Positions 1 to 9,879 of a stretch of DNA of 64,000 nucleotides are shown here, in pieces. The stretch comes from Octopus vulgaris. Lineage: Eukaryota. Both the position numbers and the translations under genes were made by a program. Under the pieces are notes generated by a model. It was not told the origin of the DNA. It saw nothing but the letters and a program-made list of their open reading frames with translations, and did not search any database. The DNA is taken from positions 215,326,001 to 215,390,000 of the forward strand of contig OX597815.1 of assembly GCA_951406725.2 (NCBI GenBank). The letters are read 5' to 3'. Each line of letters begins with the position of its first letter. Position 1 is the stretch's first letter.

Positions 1-163
1 TACCCTACATATCTGTTTGTCATAGAATATAAGCAATTTACTTCTCTCAAATGTCATTATGGCACTGTCAAATTGAATAGATTTTCATATGCATTTAGTG
101 ATGTGATGATTTCAATTTCTCATTAGACCATTATGAAAACTTATCACTATTAATCCTTAAATT

Positions 164-365
164 AGGCGGTAAGCTGGCAGAATCGTTAGCAGAGCGGGAG
201 AAATGCTTTGCAGTACTTCGTCTGTCTTTACGTTCTGAGTTCAAATTCCGCCGAGATTGACTTTGCTTTTCATCATTTCTGTGTCGATAAAATAAGCGCA
301 AGTTGAGCTCTGGGTCAATGTAATCAACTTAACCCCCTACACCGAATCGGCTGGTCACGTACCAA
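164..365 (+). mobile_element. tRNA-derived SINE with Deu/Nin-like central domain
   Basis: A-box-like TGGCAGAATCG, B-box GTTCAAATTCC, then GACTTTGCTTTTCATC..GTCGATAAAATAAG resembling the Deu/Nin SINE core; related copy at ~56313-56505. Confidence 0.7.
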
Positions 366-559
366 TGTCTGAAATATGTATTATTCTGTTTATTATGCTC
401 TTTTATTTACACGATTCTTTCATTTCATGTTCATTCATCGTTTACAATGCTCCCTTCTCCCTCCCCCACACGCTCCCTCTCTCTCTCTCACTCACACCCA
501 CACACACACAGATGGAATCAATCACCACGACATGAAGGAAAATGGAAAAAGAGGGCACT

Positions 560-1060
560 TTTGGCGAGTGAACAAAATATTGGTTTGAAAGCTGGAAAAC
601 TGAAGTGGACAGAAAAGCTAAAGGAGATGGATAGGAAGTCAAGAAAGGTCCTAACGATGTAAGAAGCCCATCATCCACATGCAGATCTCGATCGACGATA
701 CACGAAGAGAGCGAATGGAAGAAAGGGACTGATAAGTGTGGGAAACTGCGTGCGTTTCGAACTCGAAGGCTTAATGAGATACCGAACCCAAAGTAAGGAA
801 ACCTTACTAGTGACAGTTAGGAATGAGGAAGTATTGAAAGCAGGAAAAACGAAGGAAGAAACACAAAAAGAAATGAAGAAGAATGGCGCAAGAAGGGAGA
901 ACACAATGAATTTCCATATAACAAAAAGTAGGTGGGATTGGCTGATGAAAGGAATTCTAAAGAAAGAGACCGAGAACACTATATTGGCAGCGCAAGAGTA
1001 AGCTTTGGCCACAAACTGGAGGGTCGACATTAGAATGAGCAAGTGTCCAGGAACTCCCAC
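560..1060 (+). pseudogene. Degenerate R4/Dong-like LINE fragment (post-RT region)
   Basis: Translates with stops as LKEMDRKSRKVLTM*EAHHPHADLDRRY..GRKGL and WLMKGILKKETENTILAAQE, matching the HHPKAD.ERL and LK.ETEG.I.AAQD motifs of the Dong elements at 24.6-33.8 kb. Confidence 0.7.
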
Positions 1061-1439
1061 AATGCAAGCCTCAAGGAATTCCTACAAAACCTCTGATAAA
1101 GAGAAATAATAATAATCAAAATAAAGAAATTTGACAAAACTAATAAGTTGCTGAAAATATGTGGAGCTCAACATCCGAAAGCAGATATCAACCGACTGTA
1201 ATTAAGGAAAGATCAGACTGGGAGATGCTTAATAGCAACAGAAGAATGTGTAGAGATGGAAAAAAAAGTTTAGCCGAGTATTTACAATGTGGCACAGAAA
1301 AACTACTAAAGACTGAATAAAAAGGCAGGTAAAAGCAGACTTCTCTTGCTATAATTCTAATGAAAAGGCCTGCAAGTGTGAAAAGTGCAGAAACTGTATC
1401 CAAAAAGCCTAATTAAGCGGCGCGACAGAGAAAAGGCCC

Positions 1440-1735
1440 CAGTACTTATTCTTTGTAAGCCTAGTATTTATTCTATCGGTCTCTTTTGCCGAACCGCTAA
1501 GTTACATGGTCGTAAACACACCAGCATCGGTTGTCAAGCGATGTTGGAGGGGGGGAACAAAAACAGGCACAAACATATACACACATATACACACATACAC
1601 ACACATAGATATATATATATACATATACATATATACGACAGGCTTCTTTCAGTTTCCGTCTACCAAATCCACTCACACGGTTTTGGTCGGCCCGAGGCTG
1701 TAGTAGAAGACACTTGCCCAAGGTACCACGCAGGT
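1440..1735 (-). mobile_element. SINE with internal (TA/TG)n, partial copy
   Basis: Reverse complement of the family at 6750-7337 (CTTGGGCAAGTGTCTTCTACTA...GACAACCGATGCTGGTGTGTTTAC...GAGACCGATAGAAT). Confidence 0.8.
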
Positions 1736-2030
1736 TCTTCCTGAAATTTCAATTGAAAGCTATTCTCCTTCCAAACGATAATATCCCTCTTCCTTGCACA
1801 CAATGTATCCCTCGCACACAGGGTAATCAAATAATAAAAACCGCTTTAGATATTTCTTTTGCGTTCTATTTTACTGTGCTTTTATTATTGTCATTTTCCT
1901 TGTAACTGTAGGCTTTTTCTTTCAAAACCCATAAAAATGGCCATTGGATGGTTTTGTATTGCTGGAAAGGAACACTCATATTCTAATACATATGTATGCA
2001 AGTGTGGGCATGGTTGCATATATATATGTA

Positions 2031-2089
<59 letters not shown>

Positions 2090-2095
<6 letters not shown>

Positions 2096-2468
2096 GGCAG
2101 TTTGCGTGTGCGTGTTTCTGTGTGTCTGTTTGCTTGTACCCTCACCCTGACCACGGCTTTCAACCGATTCTGATGAAACTTGACACACACATAGCCCAAT
2201 GTCATAATTCAAAACTAACGCAGCGAAAATTTTGAAAAGTTCCCCCAGTTCAGAAAAAGATCGATAAATTCGACATGGGGGTCGACAATCAGAAACACAA
2301 ACCGCAGATGGTGTAGGGGACGCAACTCGGCCTTTTTAACTATCAAAAAAAAATTACCCTAATTTTTTTCTTCCCATTTTTTTTTGCTATTTTTTGGCTA
2401 TAACTCCCTAAAAGTGCTTTATAGTTATTTCCCTTACAAACCCGAGCAACGCCGGGCGATACTGCTAG
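2090..2468 (+). mobile_element. Non-autonomous Helitron
   Basis: Ends CCCGAGCAACGCCGGG (hairpin 2441-2456) + 8 nt + CTAG (2465-2468) followed by T; 5' end lost in (TA)n; short GTCT-type repeat near the 5' end. Confidence 0.7.
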
Positions 2469-2494
2469 TATATATATATATATATATATATATT

Positions 2495-3805
2495 CGTAAA
2501 AAAAGAAGTTCGAAAATGCTGCTATATTATACAATTTTTAATTTTTATATATACATTATAACATGTTTCAGTTCCTGAAATGAACCTTATCAAAAAATGT
2601 TATATATAAAAAAAGACAGCTCATGCCGTCAAACACAAGAAATTCATTTATAATACTCAACGGAGTCAGACATCTTAAAGTTTTGATATAGTTTGAAGTA
2701 TGTTCATTCATGCTATATGTTCAAAGTGTTCGATGCAGTGGCCCACGGTGGCGATACGTATTCAATACAAAAAACAGATCAAAGTGGTGGAAAGCAGTCA
2801 ATACAGAGGATTGATGTTCCCGAAAGAGCGAGGAATTCATTTTTACCTTAAGCAATTGTGATGACTCATGGTGGTTGTTCGCTGGGTTATTCTGGTGTGT
2901 TTTGTGGATTGTTCGGGTTTTTATAATGCCTGTCAGGTGGTCAGTCCAGCGTAGCGTGACGTCATCAACGTTTTGACCAATCGTTTCGTTAGGTGGTTTT
3001 AGTCAAGCAGAACGGCACGTCATCAACATTTTGACCAATCGTGACCTATCGCTGTATTATAACTTCCTCTTGTTTGTTTCCTGTTTTGACCAGTCGTTTC
3101 GTTAGGTGGCTTAGTCAAGCAGAACGGTACGTCATCAAGATTCTGCCCAATCGCGACTTATAGCTGCATTGGATCTGACCCCTGTCTGTATTTTGTTAGG
3201 TGACCAGTCAAGCAGAAAGGTACATCATCAATATTGTGACCAATCTCTGCCCCCTGTTTGTATCCTGTCCATTCTAGCAGAACTAGACGTCATCAACATG
3301 TTGACCAATCAGAATCGGGTCTGACCCTTAGCTGTATCGTATGTGGTCAGTCCATCAGGGTCAGATTTGCACTAAAGAATTTTTTTCCCTTTTTTTTACT
3401 AAGGCATATTTCCGTCAGTGCGAGTGACTGTTTAAGGTAGCGGCCGTGGTGGAATTTTGATTCTCCTTTTCGGAGGACTTATCTTTTGTTTTAATATTCC
3501 TGGCCCAGGGTGTTTAAACTTGGTCTAAATTTTTTTATGAAATACAGTTCTTTATTTTGGCGTTGTGTGAAGGTTGCGTTGTCACTGAATTTATAGAGCG
3601 GGTTAGTTGTAAATTTCGGATTTACATTTCCAGCACATCTATCTGTGTCCCCTGACCGGTATTTTGCGGGAATCAGGGTTTCTAATTTGTGATTTATGCA
3701 CCGCCATCCTGTTACGTAAGCTATTTTTTGTATGGCCTATATACTGCCTATTGCAGCCTGCGCATGTTATTACGTAAATTAAGTTTTCTGATGCGCAGGT
3801 GAAGT
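2495..3805 (-). mobile_element. Penelope-like element 3' remnant (GIY-YIG endonuclease + pseudo-LTR)
   Basis: Minus strand FTCASENLIYVITCAGCNRQYIGHTKNSLRNRMAVHKSQIR, then after a frameshift ..RQNKELYFIKKFRPSLN; degenerate hammerhead-like motif at ~2548-2610. Confidence 0.75.
2945..3335. repeat. Degenerate tandem repeat of ~50-110 bp spacing with ACGTCA (CRE-like) + CCAAT motifs
   Basis: Five recurrences of (AC)GTCATCAA..TT.TGACCAATC near 2957, 3017, 3128, 3220 and 3286; perfect TGACGTCA at 2957-2964. Confidence 0.75.
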
Positions 3806-4001
3806 ATATATATATATATATATGCGCAGGTGAGTATATATATATATATATATAAAATAAATATAAGAGAGTGGTCACTATATTGATCACTCTAGCACCA
3901 GTTAATCCAGAATGTTTCAACCACGAAAATACATGTTTCCCATGAAAGCCAGTACGACTGTTAGCTCACACGGACAGGGCAAATAAAAAATAACAAAAAT
4001 A

Positions 4002-4095
4002 CAGATTATTTTGGGACAATTGTTTCGCTATTAATGAATTAAATGTAATATTACTTACAGTAATCCATTTGTAGCTCTTCAGCCAAGACTATCTG
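4002..4095 (-). ncRNA. Type I hammerhead ribozyme (copy 1)
   Basis: Reverse complement of the motif at 5368-5461. Confidence 0.8.
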
Positions 4096-4533
4096 GATGA
4101 AATCCACTCAATCACACGCCAGATTTTACCATAACGATAAATACGCGTGCGGTTCAATTGATTACATCGGACGTTATAATTCAAATGCCCCAACCAACAG
4201 CGCGCCAAACTCACACGGAAAACAAATACAGCATTTAGAAATAAATGCAGCATAATTATAATTAATTAATAAGGGTGAGAGAATTAGATACTAATTTAAT
4301 AGTATATTTATTCCACACCAAGTGGCCTAGTGCTACGAGAAACCTGGATTATTATAATATTTTATAACATATTATAATATTTTCACAAAATAAATATAAG
4401 AGAGTGGTCACTATATTGATCACTCTAGCACCAGTTAATCCAGAATGTTTCAACCACGAAAATACATGTTTCCCATGAAAGCCAGTACGACTGTTAGCTC
4501 ACACGGACAGGGCAAATAAAAATAACAAAAATA

Positions 4534-4627
4534 CAGATTATTTTGGGACAATTGTTTCGCTATTAATGAATTAAATGTAATATTACTTACAGTAATCCAT
4601 TTGTAGCTCTTCAGCCAAGACTATCTG
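4534..4627 (-). ncRNA. Type I hammerhead ribozyme (copy 2)
   Basis: Reverse complement of the motif at 5368-5461. Confidence 0.8.
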
Positions 4628-5064
4628 ATGAAATCCACTCAATCACACGCCAGATTTTACCATAACGATAAATACGCGTGCGGTTCAATTGATTACATCG
4701 GACGTTATAATTCAAATGCCCCAACCAACAGCGCGCCAAACTCACACGGAAAACAAATACAGCATTTAGAAATAAATGCAGCATAATTATAATTAATTAA
4801 TAAGGGTGAGAGAATTAGATACTAATTTAATAGTATATTTATTCCACACCAAGTGGCCTAGTGCTACGAGAAACCTGATTATTATAATATTTTATAACAT
4901 ATTATAATATTTTCACAAAATAAATATAAGAGAGTGGTCACTATATTGATCACTCTAGCACCAGTTAATCCAGAATGTTTCAACCACGAAAATACATGTT
5001 TCCCATGAAAGCCAGTACGACTGTTAGCTCACACGGACAGGGCAAATAAAAAATAACAAAAATA

Positions 5065-5158
5065 CAGATTATTTTGGGACAATTGTTTCGCTATTAATGA
5101 ATTAAATGTAATATTACTTACAGTAATCCATTTGTAGCTCTTCAGCCAAGACTATCTG
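5065..5158 (-). ncRNA. Type I hammerhead ribozyme (copy 3)
   Basis: Reverse complement of the motif at 5368-5461. Confidence 0.8.
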
Positions 5159-5367
5159 GATGAAATCCACTCAATCTAATTCTCTCACCCTTATTAATTA
5201 ATTATAATTATGCTGCATTTATTTCTAAATGCTGTATTTGTTTTCCGTGTGAGTTTGGCGCGCTGTTGGTTGGGGCATTTGAATTATAACGTCCGATGTA
5301 ATCAATTGAACCGCACGCGTATTTATCGTTATGGTAAAATCTGGCGTGTGATTGAGTGGATTTCATC

Positions 5368-5461
5368 CAGATAGTCTTGGCTGAAGAGCTACAAATGGAT
5401 TACTGTAAGTAATATTACATTTAATTCATTAATAGCGAAACAATTGTCCCAAAATAATCTG
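5368..5461 (+). ncRNA. Type I hammerhead ribozyme (copy 4)
   Basis: Stem I CAGATAGTCTTGG / CCAAAATAATCTG; core CTGAAGA 5381-5387; stem II GCTA..TAGC with long hairpin extension; GAAA 5437-5440; palindromic stem III ACAATTGT; GTC site, cleavage predicted after 5448. Confidence 0.85.
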
Positions 5462-5900
5462 TATTTTTGTTATTTTTTATTTGCCCTGTCCGTGTGAGCT
5501 AACAGTCGTACTGGCTTTCATGGGAAACATGTATTTTCGTGGTTGAAACATTCTGGATTAACTGGTGCTAGAGTGATCAATATAGTGACCACTCTCTTAT
5601 ATTTATTTTGTGAAAATATTATAATATGTTATAAAATATTATAATAATCCAGGTTTCTCGTAGCACTAGGCCACTTGGTGTGGAATAAATATACTATTAA
5701 ATTAGTATCTAATTCTCTCACCCTTATTAATTAATTATAATTATGCTGCATTTATTTCTAAATGCTGTATTTGTTTTCCGTGTGAGTTTGGCGCGCTGTT
5801 GGTTGGGGCATTTGAATTATAACGTCCGATGTAATCAATTGAACCGCACGCGTATTTATCGTTATGGTAAAATCTGGCGTGTGATTGAGTGGATTTCATC

Positions 5901-5994
5901 CAGATAGTCTTGGCTGAAGAGCTACAAATGGATTACTGTAAGTAATATTACATTTAATTCATTAATAGCGAAACAATTGTCCCAAAATAATCTG
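5901..5994 (+). ncRNA. Type I hammerhead ribozyme (copy 5)
   Basis: Same motif as 5368-5461, 533 nt downstream. Confidence 0.85.
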
Positions 5995-6268
5995 TATTTT
6001 TGTTATTTTTTATTTGCCCTGTCCGTGTGAGCTAACAGTCGTACTGGCTTTCATGGGAAACATGTATTTTCGTGGTTGAAACATTCTGGATTAACTGGTG
6101 CTAGAGTGATCAATATAGTGACCACTCTCTTATATTTATTTTGTGAAAATATTATAATATGTTATAAAATATTATAATAATCCAGGTTTCTCGTAGCACT
6201 AGGCCACTTGGTGTGGAATAAATATACTATTAAATTAGTATCTAATTCTCTCACCCTTATTAATTATT

Positions 6269-6363
<95 letters not shown>

Positions 6364-6364
<1 letters not shown>

Positions 6365-6664
6365 GAGGCGCAATGGCCTAGTGGTTAGGGCAGCGGACTC
6401 GCGGTCGCAGGATCGCGGTTTCGATTCCCAGACCGGGCGTTGTCAGTGTTTCTTGAGCGAAAACACCTAAAAGCTCCACGAGGCTCCGGCGGGGGGGGGG
6501 GGTGATCCCTGCTGGACTCTTTCACCACTCTTTCTCCCACTCTTTCTTCTGTTGGCCTGCTCGCTTAGCCAGCGGGGTGGTGTCATTCGAAGGCTAAAAC
6601 AATGTGAACGCATTGTGACCAGCGATGTGTAACAACATCTGATGGACTGGTCGGTCACGTGATT

Positions 6665-6670
<6 letters not shown>
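6364..6670 (+). mobile_element. tRNA-derived SINE (tRNA-Arg-like head)
   Basis: GGCGCAATGGCCTAGTGGTTAGG (A box) ... GGTTTCGATTCCC (B box) followed by a non-tRNA body; lies between microsatellites. Confidence 0.75.
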
Positions 6671-6734
<64 letters not shown>

Positions 6735-6749
6735 AATATCTATATATAT

Positions 6750-7337
6750 GCGTAGTAGTGGGTGTGTGGTAAGTAGATTGCTTACGAACCACATAGTCCC
6801 GGGTTCAGTCCCACTGCGTGGTTCCTTGGGCAAGTGTCTTCTACTATAGCCTCGGGCCGACCAAAGCCTTTTGAGTGGATTTGGTAGACGGAAACTGAAA
6901 GAAGCCTGTCGTATATATGTATATGTATATATATCTATGTGTGTGTATGCGTGTATATGTTTGTGTGTATATTACCCTGATGTAATCTCCAGGGATACAG
7001 GCATCCAGCAACAGGACCTCCGTAATGCTATGATGGACCGTGAAGTCTGGCGTAACATGGTAAATTCCATTGTCTCGACCACGGTCGAACAATGATGATG
7101 ATGATGATATGTTTGTGTCTGTTTTTGTCCCCCGCCCCCCTCCAACATTGCTTGACAACCGATGCTGGTGTGTTTACGACCCTGTAACATGGCGGTTCGG
7201 CAAAAGAGACCGATAGAATAAATACTAGGCTTACAAAGAATAAGTACTGGGGTCGATTTGCTCGACTAAACGCGGTACTCCAGCATGGCAACAGTCAAAT
7301 GACTGAAACAAATAAAAGAGTAAAAAGAGTAAAGAGT
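6750..7337 (+). mobile_element. Near full-length SINE with (GTAAAAGA)n tail, interrupted by an RTE 3' fragment
   Basis: tRNA-like head GTGTGGTAAGTAG..GGGTTCAGTCCC, central microsatellite, tail AAAAGAGTAAAAGAGT; sister copies at 1440, 52850 and 56870. Confidence 0.8.
6972..7108 (+). mobile_element. 5'-truncated RTE-like LINE tail
   Basis: YPDVISRDTGIQQQDLRNAMMDREVWRNMV..EQ* followed by a (TGA)n tail; absent from sister SINE copies. Confidence 0.65.
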
Positions 7338-7974
7338 ATATATGAATCTTTAGTCAAATATATTCAATGAGAATATTATATACTGAATATATATTGAGTG
7401 CTCTATTGTATCAAAGTATTAATATTATTAAGGTATTTATATATTTAATGCGAGCGATTATATATATTTTTAAATAATATATTATTATTAATATTAAGAA
7501 TTCAATATCAGAAAACTTCACATAAAGATATACACGTGTGAAAAAAAATGGTTGTATTAAAAATATATATATAAATAAATATAAATATTTATATAAATAT
7601 ATCTATATATGTATACGTATAAATATATAATGTATATGACAGTTTATAAGTTTTGAATTAAATATTTAAACCTTTTTACGATCGTTTCACAGAAGTGCTG
7701 TCCCTATAATGAAATCCTATATTGGATACGTGTCCGTGCACATAGATGCAAATAAATGTTTCTACATGTATATTTATATGTATATATATATGTATATATA
7801 TATATATATATATATACGTTTACTTATGTATGTACATATGAATATAAACTTATATATATATATATATATGTTTACTTATGTATGTACATATGAATATAAA
7901 CTTATATATATATATATATATTACGTATGTATGCAAATGTGGGCTGATTTGCATATATATATATATATATAAAA

Positions 7975-8648
7975 TAGATGAGTGTACTTTTACCTTGTTA
8001 ACAATTAACACGGAAAAAATAAATAAATAGTTACCAGGGTAGCAAAAATCTCACAAGTAAAGATGTTGTAACTCCTTGTTTATAAAGGTAGAAACTTCGT
8101 GTTTACGTTGAATATTTTGAATAATATATGAATAAATAAATGGAGTTTAACGCAGGTGTAATCAAATATTTTTACTTTCGACACATGTTTCGACAATTCC
8201 ACTGTTACTATTCAAAAGAATAAATGAAACAATGCAATCTTCTCTTCAGGAAGGTGAAAAAAGAGAAACTTGTCAATAAGACATTTTAGCAAAAAATGAT
8301 GGATTTGTAGAGTGATAGACAGCACGCTATTAATATTGTTTACAAAAACGTTATATGATATAACGTCATAAGTAGCTAACAGAAAGAGTAGGGATACCCA
8401 TAGTGAATGTTAAATATAAAGGAAATTAAAGTTTAAATTATATATAATTATAGAGACTACTTATATGCACTAAATGTATGTTTCTGCCAATGCTTACATC
8501 TGTATGCTCGCTCTATAACCGTGCTTACTAGAGTATTTTTAGAAAAAATAATGAAAATTAGCTCAGAATTGCAGAGAAGACAGAATTTCTTGCCTTTGTC
8601 AAATGGTATCGAAATTGAGAGAATCAACCATTCTAAATGAAATTGTTC
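7975..8648 (-). mobile_element. Penelope-like element 3' end / pseudo-LTR
   Basis: Minus strand EWLILSISIPFDKGKKFCLLCNSELIFIIF..RCKHWQKH* resembles the C-x2-C..E..I..C.H C-terminus of PLE GIY-YIG proteins; hammerhead downstream. Confidence 0.65.
8170..8260 (-). ncRNA. Type I hammerhead ribozyme (PLE-associated)
   Basis: Minus strand TTTTCACCTTC-CTGAAGA-[GA..CATTGTT..AACAGTG..TC]-GAAA-CATGTGTC-GAAAGTAAAA; palindromic ACATGT, GTC site. Confidence 0.65.
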
Positions 8649-8656
8649 ATATATAT

Positions 8657-8757
<101 letters not shown>

Positions 8758-9398
8758 TACATGGAACTGTGTATGTGTACAAACATGCATTTATATATGT
8801 GTTTATACATGTAGATGCAGATGTATTAATGTGAGTCTGTATGTTCGTATATATATATATATTTATTTATAGTATTTTTAAGTGTATATGTGATTATGAA
8901 TGTATATTTTTATCTACGTATGTGGGTTTTATGTGCATCTATGACGTGTGTCTCATTTATAAATACAGCAATTATTTTCTATATCAATCCATAGGCTGGA
9001 CCAAATCCTTCGCATTTCGTTTGATTTTAAAATCTTTCAACGAATATAAAAAACCTGCTGAGAACATATCAAGAGCCGTGAGTAGATATCTGCCCTCTCT
9101 TTCTCCGAACACACACACACGCGCGCGCTGAACACGCGCACACATGCATACACTCACACACACACAAACATGCATATTTTATACAAGAAATGCAAAACGT
9201 CAATTTAAATAGTGAGTGAGCTCAATACGTTTCGTAGATAGTGATATCGATTTTGTTAAATGATAACAGGTATTTTAAAGTTTAGCCTGATCAGCTTAAA
9301 CACATAAATACATACATATGTAAAATTATTTCCTTATCTGTATCTTTTTATACTTCTCAACGCTTTTAAATCAAACTTTGTTTCTTGAATTTAATGTC

Positions 9399-9465
<67 letters not shown>

Positions 9466-9756
9466 ATATATACACATCTGGCTTTTGCAGATGGAGCATG
9501 AGTTTTTAACCGTGACTGGAAAATTCCGAGTTGAATATCCTGGGTAAGCAAAAGCTTCTAACACATTTATTCAAATTTATTTTGTTTTGTTCCAAACATT
9601 CGATTTTATCGCATGTATTATACGTCACCATAATCAACAGTGTTGTACTTGTGACCCACAATATACTAATTCGTACCTTCGACGAAATGCTTAAGTGTTT
9701 TATCAATGTTTTATTATACAAAGGACAAACAAACCCATATAAAGATAAAGAGAGAA

Positions 9757-9847
<91 letters not shown>

Positions 9848-9879
9848 CTAATAATAATTTAACATTACTTGAAAAGGTA

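Larger units (their letters stand above)
3855..6268. mobile_element. Tandem + inverted array of a ~533-bp hammerhead-containing unit (candidate retrozyme / non-autonomous Penelope-type element)
   Basis: Unit restarts at 3858, 4391 and 4921; orientation flips at ~5174-5176; inverted units restart at 5174, 5707 and 6240; copies nearly identical; no ORF; flanked by (TA)n on both sides. Confidence 0.85.

Noticed and set aside
1859-2235. Many predicted ORFs rich in YI/HT/CV/poly-I/poly-L here and throughout the window
   Set aside because: They are translations of (TA)n, (CA)n, (TAA)n and (GATA)n microsatellites, not genes
6364-6440. Possible tRNA gene
   Set aside because: Acceptor stem does not pair cleanly, no poly-T terminator, and it continues into a SINE body
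7665-7750. Hammerhead-like GAAA-CGATCG-TA on the minus strand (similar traces at ~9225-9295, ~15775-15810 and ~17465-17520)
   Set aside because: Catalytic core and/or stem I too degenerate to support a call
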